Below, piece by piece: positions 7,792-18,100 of a DNA stretch of 64,000 bases; the stretch's first letter is position 1, and each line of letters starts with the position of its first letter. The position numbers were made by a program, and so were the translations under genes. Location: assembly GCA_025453395.1 (NCBI GenBank), contig JALOQK010000001.1, positions 10,244-74,243 on the forward strand. The letters run 5' to 3'. The DNA is from Candidatus Omnitrophota bacterium. GTDB lineage: Bacteria > Omnitrophota > Gorgyraeia > Gygaellales > Profunditerraquicolaceae. A model generated the notes under the pieces. The model was not told where the DNA came from and did not search any database. It saw only the letters and a list, made by a program, of their open reading frames with translations.

Positions 7792-10553
7792 ACCCTCCGC
7801 TCTACAATAGGCAACAAGAAAGAAAATGTTGCGCCCTGTCCATATGTTGACTCTACCCAGATTTTCCCTCTATGGATCTCAATTATTTTTTTAGCGATTG
7901 CCAAACCTAGCCCCGTTCCGCCAACCTTACGCTCATTGGGAGATTCAAGCTGGCTGAACATTTGAAATAATCTATCTTTGTCTTCTTCTTTTATCCCCGG
8001 GCCGGTATCGCGCACAGATACTATCTCAACATTGCCATGCCTGCCGGTACAAACAGTGATCCCCCCTTGTTGGGTGAACTTCAAAGCGTTATTCATCAGA
8101 TTAGTCAATACCTGAATAATTTTATCCCGGTCAATTTTTATATCCGGCAGAGCTTCTTCCAAACTCATCTCTAAAGTCAAATTCTTAGCTTCTATTAAAG
8201 GCCGCATAGCCTGAACAACTTCTGATACAAGAGAATTAAGGTTTCCCTCTTTGATCTTAAAGACCATCGCCCCGGCGTCTAATTTCTGAAAATCCAATAC
8301 CTCATTAATAAGCCGCGCTAATCTGTCCATATTTTTACGGGCAATATCCAAGAATTCTTTCTGCTCGTCGTTAAGAGGCCCCAGCGTTAGATCCTGCACA
8401 AGCGCGATGCCTTCCTTTATCGCGGTCAAGGGAGTCCTTAACTCATGCGAAACAACTGAAATGAAATCCGACTTTACATGCAAAGCCTTTTCAAGGTCCT
8501 GGCTGTATTTCTCCATTTTATCCTTAGCCTCTGTTAGGTCTTCAAGGATATTAAGGGTGGCTTCCTGGACACGGCTTAGTTCTTTGGTGCGCTCTTCAAC
8601 TTTCTCCTCGAGATGTCTTGAGAAATCCTCTATTCTGTGTTTAGCAACAATAAGCGCGTCCTGCTGCTTTTTAAGCTGAACAATCATTTCCCTGAAGGCT
8701 TCTGCGAATTGTTCAATTTCATCTCCGGTCTTAATGTCTATCGGATAATCCCATTCTCCGGCGATGATCCTCTCTGCGGCTATATTCAGCTTCCTGATCG
8801 GCACAGAGAACCGCATCCCGATTTTTAAACTCAAGAATATTGCGATAGAGATTACAACAAGCATAAGCAATACCATCCCGATTATCAAATTTCCTAATGA
8901 AGCAAATAATTCTTCAATATCCTGCAAAACGCAGACATACCAAATTACTCCGTTTTTACGCAAGATCTGATTGTCTATCCTGTAAATGGAATTGAAAGAG
9001 CCGCGGCGTTTGCCAGTATCTTCTATCCTCCCGGACATCAAATCACTTCTACTTAAAGCCTTAAGTATGTCCTTTTCGCTAAACAACTGCGCGCTAAAAG
9101 GTTTTATATTTTCATGAAAGATTACGTTTCCTTTTCCATCAACTAAAGCCGCATGCCCGGTTATCCCAGCGCGATATTTCTTAAGTGGAGAGAAAAACAG
9201 CCCTATCTCAATATATTCTTTAGCCGCTCCAAGAGCCTGCCCTGCCTGATCAAAGACCGGCAAAGCTATAGGAATACTCAAGGCGTTGCTTGACTGATCC
9301 ATCTCGATATCACCGACAAAAATATCACCTTTACCTTGTGAATAGGCCTTCTGCCACCATAGCTCATCCGCCTGATAAAAATCAGTTGTTTTACGAGAGG
9401 CAGCAACCAATCCACCATAACGGTCTGTCAGAAATATCTCGGCCACTTCCCTATCCACATCTGCCAACTCTTTCAAGTCTAAACTTACCGGACTTTCCAA
9501 AAGACTCAATAATTCAGGCGCATCAGAAGCCCATAAAACATCTTTTTTGAGCATGTCTTCTACAATAGCTTCCGAAGCAACAGAAGAATATTGGGCATTC
9601 TGCTCAATAACCGCCTGCCTCCACCGGTTCTTTCCCAAATGTACCTGAAACTCATATATCTTGTTGTCGATCATATGGCCTATGGAATAAGAAAGCGCCT
9701 TGGCAACTTCTAACTGTTTACTTTTAATATCTCTAACCATAAATTGATACATCCACGAAATAATGATCACGCAAGTCAACAAAACAGAAATAACCGCCAC
9801 CGAAGAAAAAACAATAGAGAACCTTCCGGTAATACCGCGGCGTATCTCTATGCGCTTTTTATCTCCATAAAAATAAACTCCAGTTAAGAAAAAGAAACTT
9901 AAGGCCAGGATGATCGCGCAAATCATCCGGTAAAACTGGACAGGCACTCCAGTTAAATCATTAAAATTAGGATAATTGATAAAAGAGGCAAAAATAAAAT
10001 CTGCTTTGGGCACAACAATTCCGCTTAATACCCCATAAGCAAAGAAAGTTACGGAAGCAACCCACGTAGAAACTAAAACAGGCCTGGGGACTTGCTTCAT
10101 ATCTGCTTGAGAGTAAATAGAATATAGCCCTATGGCAGTCATCCATGTACCGGGCAGACAAAGGAAATAACGCGCGATTATTCCGGAAATAAGAAAGTCT
10201 TTTGTTAAAAAATACCCGAATAGCCATACAGCTACTACCGGCACCCATAGGTATTTCAAATATCTTAAATTATTATTTGCTTTGAAAATGACCCGAACCC
10301 CGAAAATAACCAAAAAAATAAAAGATAATGGAAGAAGAATTGCCCCCACAGTTTTAAGAATTGCCACATCAAACGGCTTGCCTATTAATATCAAAAGGTC
10401 AACCCACTCATTTATCCCGTGGATGAACCCGAATACTCCGATCATCCATAAATTATCGGATAAACCAAACAGGTCATTTTTCTTGGGCATCAACGAGATA
10501 ACAAGGCCCATCAGTAAAAATGCCAAACCGTAAAAGAAAAAGATTACAAGCAT
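7788..10553 (-). CDS. sensor histidine kinase: multi-TM N-terminus, Cache-like domain, HAMP, HisKA, HATPase
   Basis: VSHELRTPL H-box, NLMNNALKFT, DTGPGI, GGTGLGLAI; HAMP motif TGDEIEQFAEAF. Confidence 0.92.
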   Translation of the reverse strand: MLVIFFFYGLAFLLMGLVISLMPKKNDLFGLSDNLWMIGVFGFIHGINEWVDLLILIGKPFDVAILKTVGAILLPLSFIFLVIFGVRVIFKANNNLRYLKYLWVPVVAVWLFGYFLTKDFLISGIIARYFLCLPGTWMTAIGLYSIYSQADMKQVPRPVLVSTWVASVTFFAYGVLSGIVVPKADFIFASFINYPNFNDLTGVPVQFYRMICAIILALSFFFLTGVYFYGDKKRIEIRRGITGRFSIVFSSVAVISVLLTCVIIISWMYQFMVRDIKSKQLEVAKALSYSIGHMIDNKIYEFQVHLGKNRWRQAVIEQNAQYSSVASEAIVEDMLKKDVLWASDAPELLSLLESPVSLDLKELADVDREVAEIFLTDRYGGLVAASRKTTDFYQADELWWQKAYSQGKGDIFVGDIEMDQSSNALSIPIALPVFDQAGQALGAAKEYIEIGLFFSPLKKYRAGITGHAALVDGKGNVIFHENIKPFSAQLFSEKDILKALSRSDLMSGRIEDTGKRRGSFNSIYRIDNQILRKNGVIWYVCVLQDIEELFASLGNLIIGMVLLMLVVISIAIFLSLKIGMRFSVPIRKLNIAAERIIAGEWDYPIDIKTGDEIEQFAEAFREMIVQLKKQQDALIVAKHRIEDFSRHLEEKVEERTKELSRVQEATLNILEDLTEAKDKMEKYSQDLEKALHVKSDFISVVSHELRTPLTAIKEGIALVQDLTLGPLNDEQKEFLDIARKNMDRLARLINEVLDFQKLDAGAMVFKIKEGNLNSLVSEVVQAMRPLIEAKNLTLEMSLEEALPDIKIDRDKIIQVLTNLMNNALKFTQQGGITVCTGRHGNVEIVSVRDTGPGIKEEDKDRLFQMFSQLESPNERKVGGTGLGLAIAKKIIEIHRGKIWVESTYGQGATFSFLLPIVERRV

Positions 10554-10560
10554 TTATCCA

Positions 10561-11085
10561 CTACCTTTGTTTTAACTGTGATTCTAGTTGGACAATTTGA
10601 GCTTTAAGTTCTTTCATCTTCAATTCCCTGTCCACGGTAATCCTTTGAAAACGCTCTAAGGCCTCTATCCTTTTGTGTAGCTCATCCTCTATTTTCTTGC
10701 GCTCGCTTATATCCTTAGCAACGTGCACAACTCCAGCATATTCATTATTTTCATCAAAAATGGGAGATGTAGTCACTAGCAGAGGAAAACCTATTGCCGG
10801 GTCATTAACTTCTTCTACATGCGCAAAATGATCAGCGTTAGTTTTCTCTAAGGGACATAAATGCCAAGGGCTATTAGATTTATGCATCACTTCGAAGCAT
10901 TTCATTCCTACAATCTGATCATAAGTTTTCTGCAAAAGATCCAAAGCCGCTTTATTGGCCTTGACTATTGTATGGTTCTTATCAATTATTAAGATCGTGT
11001 CTGAAATAGCGTTAAAGGTCCTGTCCCATGCGTCATGGCTTTTTCTTAAACGATCTTCCAATCCCCTGCGCTCTAGGTCATCCAT
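10561..11085 (-). CDS. stand-alone PAS protein with C-terminal coiled coil
   Basis: TFNAISD..IID...IVKAN, KDISERK; tail DRELKMKELK. Confidence 0.85.
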   Translation of the reverse strand: MDDLERRGLEDRLRKSHDAWDRTFNAISDTILIIDKNHTIVKANKAALDLLQKTYDQIVGMKCFEVMHKSNSPWHLCPLEKTNADHFAHVEEVNDPAIGFPLLVTTSPIFDENNEYAGVVHVAKDISERKKIEDELHKRIEALERFQRITVDRELKMKELKAQIVQLESQLKQR

Positions 11086-11086
11086 C

Positions 11087-13195
11087 TTATGCCTCTTTCC
11101 TTCTTAAAAGCATCTTTACACGCGCCAAGATTTTATCCGCATCAAAAGGCTTAGTAATATAATCATCTGCTCCGAAATCAAGCCCGGCGATTTCGCTTTC
11201 CTTATCCTGGCGCGCGGTCAAAATTATTACTGGAACAGAAGCAGTCTGAAGACTGGAACGCAATTTCTTCACCGCTTCAAAACCGTTTACCTTAGGCATT
11301 GTTACATCAGAAATAATTAAATCCGGCTTTTGCTTGTACGCTAACTCCACAAGCTCGCCCCCGTCGCGAGCCATGTCCACTTCGTATCCGGCAGCCAAGA
11401 GCCTTCTTTGCAAGACCTGCAAAATATCTTCTTCATCATCAGCAATCAAAATCTTAAAGACCTGCCCGGTTTTCTTGGATTTCTGCGACAACTGCTCCTC
11501 TTGGCTTATTCCGACTACCTTGATTACTTCTTCTAAAGTCGTAACCCCATCAGCTACTTTCTGCATCCCGGATTTTAACAAAGGCACCATACCGCTATTT
11601 TTTGCCTCCTGAAACAGGCTGTCCTCATTGACTTTCTGACTTATTAACTGTTTTAACCTATCATTGATAATAACTAACTCAAATATTCCGGTGCGGCCCA
11701 AATAACCGGAAAAAGCGCATTTTTCACATCCCTTGCCCCTATAAAATTTCGTGATGTTTAATTCCTGAATATAAGGCATTAATTTTTCCTTGATATCAGC
11801 AAGCGGCGCATCTTCGGTTTTACAATGAGGACAGATAATCCTGATCAAACGCTGTGCGATGATTATATTTAACGATGAAGCTATGATATACGGCTGCAGG
11901 CCTATATCTAAAAGCCGGGTCACAGTAGCTATGGCGCTATTAGTGTGCACTGTAGAAAAAACCTGATGGCCGGTCAATGCCGAACGAAAGGCGATATCCG
12001 CGGTATCGCGGTCGCGGATCTCTCCGACCATAATCACATTAGGATCTTGGCGCAGGATATTCCTTAGTCCATTGGCAAAAGTGACATCCTTGGCAAGATT
12101 AACCTGCATTTGATTGACCCCGTCAATAAGGTACTCAATGGGATCTTCTATGGTAATAATATTCTTGGCCTCGGTCTTGACAAAATTCAAGGCCGCGTAA
12201 ATAGTCGTGGTCTTTCCAGAGCCTGTCGGCCCAGTGACTAAATTCATTCCTTGCGGTTTCTTAAGCGTTTCTTTTAACATCTGAACTTCTCTTGTGGAAA
12301 GCCCAATTTGATCTAAAGGTTTTCTTGCTTCCTGCGGATCCAATATCCTGATCGCGATAGACTCTCCGTAAAAAGCAGGCAAAATCGAAACCCTAAGATC
12401 GATCTGTCTATTACCTAAAGTAACCTTGATCCTACCGTCTTGGGGCTTGCGGCTCTCCGCAATATCAAGATGCGCGAGGATCTTGATCCTGGCAGATAAC
12501 GACAAATGAAAATTAATCGGGATCTCAAGTATATTCCTCAAGTCGCCATCCACGCGATAGCGAATAATAGAAATCTTTTCTTTAGGCTCTATGTGGATAT
12601 CTGAGGCGCGCGCCTTGATGGCGTCGGATAAAATAATATTAGCAAGTCTTATTGCCGGAGAATTCTCGTATTTTACAGACACATCAGAATAATCTTCAGG
12701 AACACTGTCCTGAATAAGCTGCAGCTGCTCGGATTCATGAAAATTTTTCAATATGTCATATACCGAATCATCCGAATTATAATGCGTGTCTATTAATTTT
12801 GTTATTTGACTTCTAGCAGCAAAAACAAGCTGCAATTTAACTGCGGGAACGGCCATTTTTATGTCATCGATAGCCAGCACATCCTGCGGGTCGCTTATTG
12901 CCAAGGCTAAATTATCATTTTCTTTGCGCAAAGGAAAAACCCCGTGCCTGCGGGCAATCGCATAGGGAAGAAGCTTTGTTGCGGCTGGATCGATTTTTTC
13001 CTGGGAAATATCTATTATCGGAAGCTTAAAAAATCTCGATGATGCGGCAAGGATATTTTCTTCGCTTATAAAACCCATCTCCACTAATAATTCCTGTATG
13101 GGTTTCTTAGCGCCGATCTGCTTGGTCTTAGCGTCGTTTAATTGACTAGCGGTGATAAGATTTTCGTTGAGCAAGAATTCCGCTAAATTGGGCAT
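11087..13195 (-). CDS. PilB/GspE-family ATPase fused to a C-terminal receiver domain
   Basis: ASDIHIEP, GPTGSGKTTT, TIEDPIE, LRQDPN, GEIRD, TGH..STVHTN, CxxC..CxxC; then ILIADDE/ISDVTMP/KPF. Confidence 0.93.
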   Translation of the reverse strand: MPNLAEFLLNENLITASQLNDAKTKQIGAKKPIQELLVEMGFISEENILAASSRFFKLPIIDISQEKIDPAATKLLPYAIARRHGVFPLRKENDNLALAISDPQDVLAIDDIKMAVPAVKLQLVFAARSQITKLIDTHYNSDDSVYDILKNFHESEQLQLIQDSVPEDYSDVSVKYENSPAIRLANIILSDAIKARASDIHIEPKEKISIIRYRVDGDLRNILEIPINFHLSLSARIKILAHLDIAESRKPQDGRIKVTLGNRQIDLRVSILPAFYGESIAIRILDPQEARKPLDQIGLSTREVQMLKETLKKPQGMNLVTGPTGSGKTTTIYAALNFVKTEAKNIITIEDPIEYLIDGVNQMQVNLAKDVTFANGLRNILRQDPNVIMVGEIRDRDTADIAFRSALTGHQVFSTVHTNSAIATVTRLLDIGLQPYIIASSLNIIIAQRLIRIICPHCKTEDAPLADIKEKLMPYIQELNITKFYRGKGCEKCAFSGYLGRTGIFELVIINDRLKQLISQKVNEDSLFQEAKNSGMVPLLKSGMQKVADGVTTLEEVIKVVGISQEEQLSQKSKKTGQVFKILIADDEEDILQVLQRRLLAAGYEVDMARDGGELVELAYKQKPDLIISDVTMPKVNGFEAVKKLRSSLQTASVPVIILTARQDKESEIAGLDFGADDYITKPFDADKILARVKMLLRRKEA

Positions 13196-13196
13196 A

Positions 13197-13571
13197 CTAT
13201 GCGGTATTTTTACCTAAAACTTCCCTTATAATGCCAAGAAGCGATTCCCAATCATAAGGTTTTTCAACATAAACCTCTGCGCCTTCTTGTTTGGCGATAT
13301 CCTTGTATTGCGGATCAGACATACCGGATAATATAACAACCGGGATACTCATCGTCTGCGAAGAGAGCTTAAGATTTTTTAAGACAGATATCCCACCGCC
13401 TGAAGGGATCATAAGGTCCAGAATGATCAAATCCGGCCTTTCTTTAATGCTGGAAGAAAGCCCTTGATAAGCATCCAAGGCTGCCAAAACTTGGAAGCCC
13501 GCAGCGTGCAGCCTTTTGGATAAAACAGCATTTACATCAACTTCATCTTCAATGATCAGGATTTTAGCCAT
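13197..13571 (-). CDS. single-domain response regulator
   Basis: ILIIEDE, ILDLMIP, ILSG, EKPY. Confidence 0.9.
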   Translation of the reverse strand: MAKILIIEDEVDVNAVLSKRLHAAGFQVLAALDAYQGLSSSIKERPDLIILDLMIPSGGGISVLKNLKLSSQTMSIPVVILSGMSDPQYKDIAKQEGAEVYVEKPYDWESLLGIIREVLGKNTA

Positions 13572-13599
13572 ATAAATAAGGGTTATGTTTGTTTATCTA

Positions 13600-13627
13600 A
13601 TTATATCTTTTACAATAAGTTAAGCAA
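13600..13627 (-). promoter_or_regulatory. sigma70-like promoter of the signalling cluster
   Basis: TTGCTT-16 nt-TATAAT. Confidence 0.45.
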
Positions 13628-13635
13628 TAAATATT

Positions 13636-14499
13636 TTACCTAGAAAATTTCCTCTTACGAACAACCCCACTAGCGCGTTTCTGCCACGGCGGCCTGTTGC
13701 TTGTTGTGCCTTCGCGCTTTACCCATGGCTTGCTTGCTGGAGCGCCTGCACTTTCGCTTCTTTGCCACGGCCTGCGCGCGCCCTCTTTCTTTTGCCACGG
13801 CTTAACCGGGCCTTCGCGTTTCTGCCAAAGGCCGGTTTTATCTTCGGATTTCTGCCAAGGCGGGCGGCTTGTTGCGCCTTCGCGTTTTTGCCACGGGGGC
13901 CTGTTGCTTGTTGTGCCTTCGCGTTTTTGCCACGGGGGCCTGTTGCTTGTTGTGCCTTCGCGTTTTTGCCACGGCCGCGCCTGTCCTTCAGGCGGCTTTT
14001 CTCCTCGATTTTTCTCCCACGGTTTAGAATATGGCGCCTTCTTGCGCCAACGCATGGGATTTTCTTTAAATTTCCTTTCGGGCATAGGTCCGGTAATTCC
14101 TGATTCGGCCCGGCGCATCATAAAACTGCGGGTGCGCCTGCCTTTCTTATATTCACCTGTTCTTTCAAAAGTAAACGCCTTAGGATGCAACTCTTTATGC
14201 TCTGGGCGTTGGTATTCGTGATGCGGCTTCTTTTCTTTCGGAACTTCTCTTTCCGGCTTCTTAGGCAATGCCGGCATGACATTTATGGCTCTTCCTAAAA
14301 TTTCTTTTCCGTTTAACGCCTCAATTGCCCTGCGCGCCTCTTCGTCGTCGGGCATCTCCACAAAACCAAATCCCCGCGAGTGCTTGCCTTTTTTGTCCAT
14401 CACAATCACAATGGAAGAAACTTTTCCATGCGCCATAAATTCCTGATAGACATCTGTCTCTTTCGCGTCAAATGATAAATTCCCTACAAAAATATTCAT
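13636..14499 (-). CDS. RRM RNA-binding protein with PWQKREG repeat tail
   Basis: RNP2 IFVGNL, RNP1 RGFGFVEM; about 10 Trp-containing repeats. Confidence 0.9.
   Translation of the reverse strand: MNIFVGNLSFDAKETDVYQEFMAHGKVSSIVIVMDKKGKHSRGFGFVEMPDDEEARRAIEALNGKEILGRAINVMPALPKKPEREVPKEKKPHHEYQRPEHKELHPKAFTFERTGEYKKGRRTRSFMMRRAESGITGPMPERKFKENPMRWRKKAPYSKPWEKNRGEKPPEGQARPWQKREGTTSNRPPWQKREGTTSNRPPWQKREGATSRPPWQKSEDKTGLWQKREGPVKPWQKKEGARRPWQRSESAGAPASKPWVKREGTTSNRPPWQKRASGVVRKRKFSR
13876..13974. repeat. 39-bp coding tandem repeat (2.5 exact copies, degenerate neighbours)
   Basis: GCCTTCGCGTTTTTGCCACGGGGGCCTGTTGCTTGTTGT repeated. Confidence 0.9.
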
Positions 14500-14568
14500 T
14501 TTATACCTGTCCTTTCAATATGCTGCCGCAGAAAGCGGCATACTTTGCCTTCAAATAGGCAAAGGTAC

Positions 14569-15126
14569 CTAAAAACAATTTAATATTCCCATAATCCCAA
14601 ACAATATAAAAATAACTGCACTTATCCACTTAATTGTCTTCTCCGGAATATGCTTGCGCATCACAACTCCGACGATAATACCAAAGGCATCTGCAATGAG
14701 CATGCCACATGTGGTGCCCATAAGAACACCAAGCATGTTCTGATATTTAATTGCCAAACTGATTGTGGCTAACTGCGTTTTATCCCCCATCTCTGCAAGG
14801 AAAAACGCGATTGCCACTGTGACAACCGGACCAAACTTACTTTTTTTCTTATCTTCGCCATGCAATTCATCGCCACGCAAAGTCCACAGGCCAAAGATAA
14901 TAAATGAAAAGGAAGCTAAAAAAGAAATAACCCCCATGGGGATAACAGTAGTTAAAAAACGCCCTGTTATTACCGCCAAGGAATGGTTGAGAATGGTGGC
15001 GATAAAGACCGCGAGTAATACTTTGCCAGCGTTATAGCGCGCGGCAAAGGCCATTGCCAAAAGCTGGGTTTTATCTCCGGTCTCAGCCAAAACCACAAAA
15101 ATCAAAGAACTTATAAAAGCTGTCAT
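14569..15126 (-). CDS. TMEM165/GDT1 (UPF0016) Mn2+/Ca2+ transporter
   Basis: two E.GDKTQL motifs, hydrophobic. Confidence 0.92.
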   Translation of the reverse strand: MTAFISSLIFVVLAETGDKTQLLAMAFAARYNAGKVLLAVFIATILNHSLAVITGRFLTTVIPMGVISFLASFSFIIFGLWTLRGDELHGEDKKKSKFGPVVTVAIAFFLAEMGDKTQLATISLAIKYQNMLGVLMGTTCGMLIADAFGIIVGVVMRKHIPEKTIKWISAVIFILFGIMGILNCF

Positions 15127-15129
15127 ATT

Positions 15130-18100
15130 TTACAGGCTGTGATATTCCTGTAAAGCCTTTGGGGCAAGGCACCCCCTTAGCGCTTCTTCAATTGCTTCAA
15201 TACTTGCCCGCGCTGCGGCCATGGTAGTAATATAAGGAATTTTAAGTTGAATAGCCATAATCCTTATATAACTATCGTCAAATTTGCTGTCTCTTCCGGC
15301 GGGAGTATTAATGACTGCCTGTATCTGGCTGTTTTTTATGGCGTCGGTAATATTGGGCCTGCCCTCATGAAGTTTTTTAATAAGCGTGTTTTCAATCCCA
15401 TTCTTTTCCAAGAACGCGCTTGTACTTGTGGTGGAAAGAATATTAAACCCGGATTTCTTCAAACGCTTAGCAATATCCAGCAGCTCTGGTTTATCTTTAT
15501 CATTTACCGTCAAAAGTATACTTCCTTTAAGGGGCAGTTTAAATCCGGCGGCTTCCTGCGCTTTGTAAAACGCGGCGCCAAAAGTATCAGCCATGCCCAT
15601 GACTTCTCCGGTTGCTTTCATTTCCGGGCCCAATACAGGATCAACCTCCGGAAACATGTTAAATGGAAACACTGCTTCTTTTACTCCAGTCCAGGTGATC
15701 TTGCGCTTCTTTAGCAATTCCGGAAAATCTTTGAGTTTCTTTCCCAGCATAAGATCTGTGGCAATGCGCGCGATGCGATACCCGGTAACTTTTGCTACCA
15801 AAGGCACTGTGCGCGAAGCGCGCGGGTTTGCCTCTAAAATATAAACTTTATCATTGCAGATTGCGTATTGAATATTCATCAAACCCACCACTCCCAAAGT
15901 CAAAGCTATTTTATCGGTGTAATCGCGGATGATCTTTAAATGCTCTTCTTTGATCGTGCGCGGAGGAATAGCGCAGGCAGAATCTCCCGAATGAACGCCG
16001 GCGTATTCAATATGCTCCATTACTGCCGCAACAAAAGTCTCTTTCCCGTCGCAAAGAGCGTCCACTTCTGTTTCAAGCGCGTTATCTAGAAAACGATCTA
16101 TTAACATGGGATATTCGGGTCTGACTTGTATTGCTTCAGTAGCGTATTTAGTAAGCATTTGCTGGTCGTAAATTATCTGCATACCACGGCCACCCAAGAC
16201 AAACGACGGCCTGACCATCAAAGGATAACCAATGCGCCCGGCAATGGCAACTGCCTCATCTAAGGAACGCGCAGTGCCGCTTTCCGGTTGCGGAATATCA
16301 AGCTCAATCATTTTCTGACGGAAAAGCTCTCTGTCCTCGGCAAAAGCAATACTTTCCGGAGTGGTGCCTAAGATCTTTACGCCGGATTCTTTTAATTCCT
16401 GCGCAATATTAAGCGGAGTCTGTCCCCCGAATTGCACAATCACCCCTTCTGGCTTTTCTTTTTCATAAATTGCCAAAACATCTTCCACAGTCAAAGGCTC
16501 AAAATAAAGTTTATTAGAAGTGTCATAATCCGTAGAAACTGTTTCCGGGTTGCAATTGATCATTATAGATTCATACCCAGCGTCGCGAAGGGCAAACGCC
16601 GCGTGCACACAGGTGTAATCAAATTCAATGCCCTGTCCAATGCGGTTTGGCCCACCGCCTAAGATCATGATCTTTTTATTTTTGGATACCTCTACTTCGT
16701 CTTTTCCGGGGCTGTAAGTAGAATAATAATAGGCAGCATCTTCAACACCACTTACCGGGACTTTTTCATAGCGCACGTGTTTGCCTAATTTCAGACGACG
16801 CTGGCGCACAATTTTTTCTTTGATATTATAAAGCTTGGCGATGTAGCGGTCAGAAAAACCCCATTCTTTGGCTTTTATCAAATCGCTATCGGGTAACTTC
16901 TCCCATGCAGAAGAAAGAAGTTTTTCTTCAAATTCCACAAGCTCTTTCATCTCTTTGATAAACCATTCTCCGATGTGAGTCATGGAATATAATTCCTCAA
17001 CGCTTATGCCTTTTCGTAAGGCCTCATACATAAGAAAAACACGCTGGCTTGAAGGCATAGCAAGGCGCGACTTTAATTCAGTAAGCGAAAGGTCCTTAAA
17101 ATTATTGGCGCCTCCTAAGCCATATCTACCAATTTCTAAAGAGCGGATAGATTTCTGAAATGCCTCTTTAAAAGTCTTCCCGATACTCATTACCTCGCCC
17201 ACGGCCTTCATCTGGGTGCCTAAAACATCTTTGGCCTTAGGGAACTTCTCAAAAGCCCAACGCGAGAATTTTATGACCACATAATCTCCGCTTGGAGTGT
17301 ATTTTTCTAGTGTCCCGTCGCGCCAATAAGGGATCTCGTCCAGATTAAATCCCGCGGCTAGCCTCGTAGAAACCATAGCAATAGGAAATCCGGTTGCCTT
17401 AGAGGCCAAAGCTGACGAACGCGAAGTGCGCGGATTAATCTCAATGACCACTAGGCGCCCGTCTTTTTTATTATGCGCGAATTGTATGTTTGTCCCACCC
17501 ACAACTCCGATAGCATCAACGATCTTGTAAGAGAGTTCCTGCATCTTTTTCTGCAATGCTTGCGGCACGGTCAACATAGGAGCTACACAGAAACTATCCC
17601 CTGTATGTACCCCCATAGCGTCAATATTTTCAATAAAACAAACCGTTATTTTTTGATTTTTCTGGTCGCGCACCACTTCAAGCTCAAGCTCTTCCCAGCC
17701 GATCACTGCTTCTTCAATTAATACCTGATGCACTAAACTTAAGTTCAAGCCGCGCTGGGCAACAACCTGAAGCTCCTCCACATTATAAACGATCCCGCTT
17801 CCTGTGCCGCCCATAGTGTATGCCGGGCGCACTACAACCGGATAGGAAAGTTTCTCGGCGATTTTCTGCGCCTCTTCCACGCTTAAGGCAATCTCTGAGC
17901 GAGGAACAGGAATCCCCAAATTTTTCATAGTCTCTTTAAAAACTTCCCTGTCCTCGCCGCGCTCAATGGCATCGGCTTTAACCCCGATAACTTCTACACC
18001 GTATTTCTTTAATACTCCGGATTTAGAAAGGCTTGAGGCAAGGTTCAATCCAGTCTGACCGCCTAGATTTGGCAATAAGGCGTCGGGTTTTTCTTTGGCG

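Noticed and set aside
13697-14221. Antisense 174-aa repeat ORF and the other + strand ORFs overlapping genes
   Set aside because: Shadow frames of well-supported minus-strand genes, with no recognisable motifs.
15120-15135. yybP-ykoY Mn riboswitch upstream of the UPF0016 gene
   Set aside because: Only 3 nt separate it from the carB stop.
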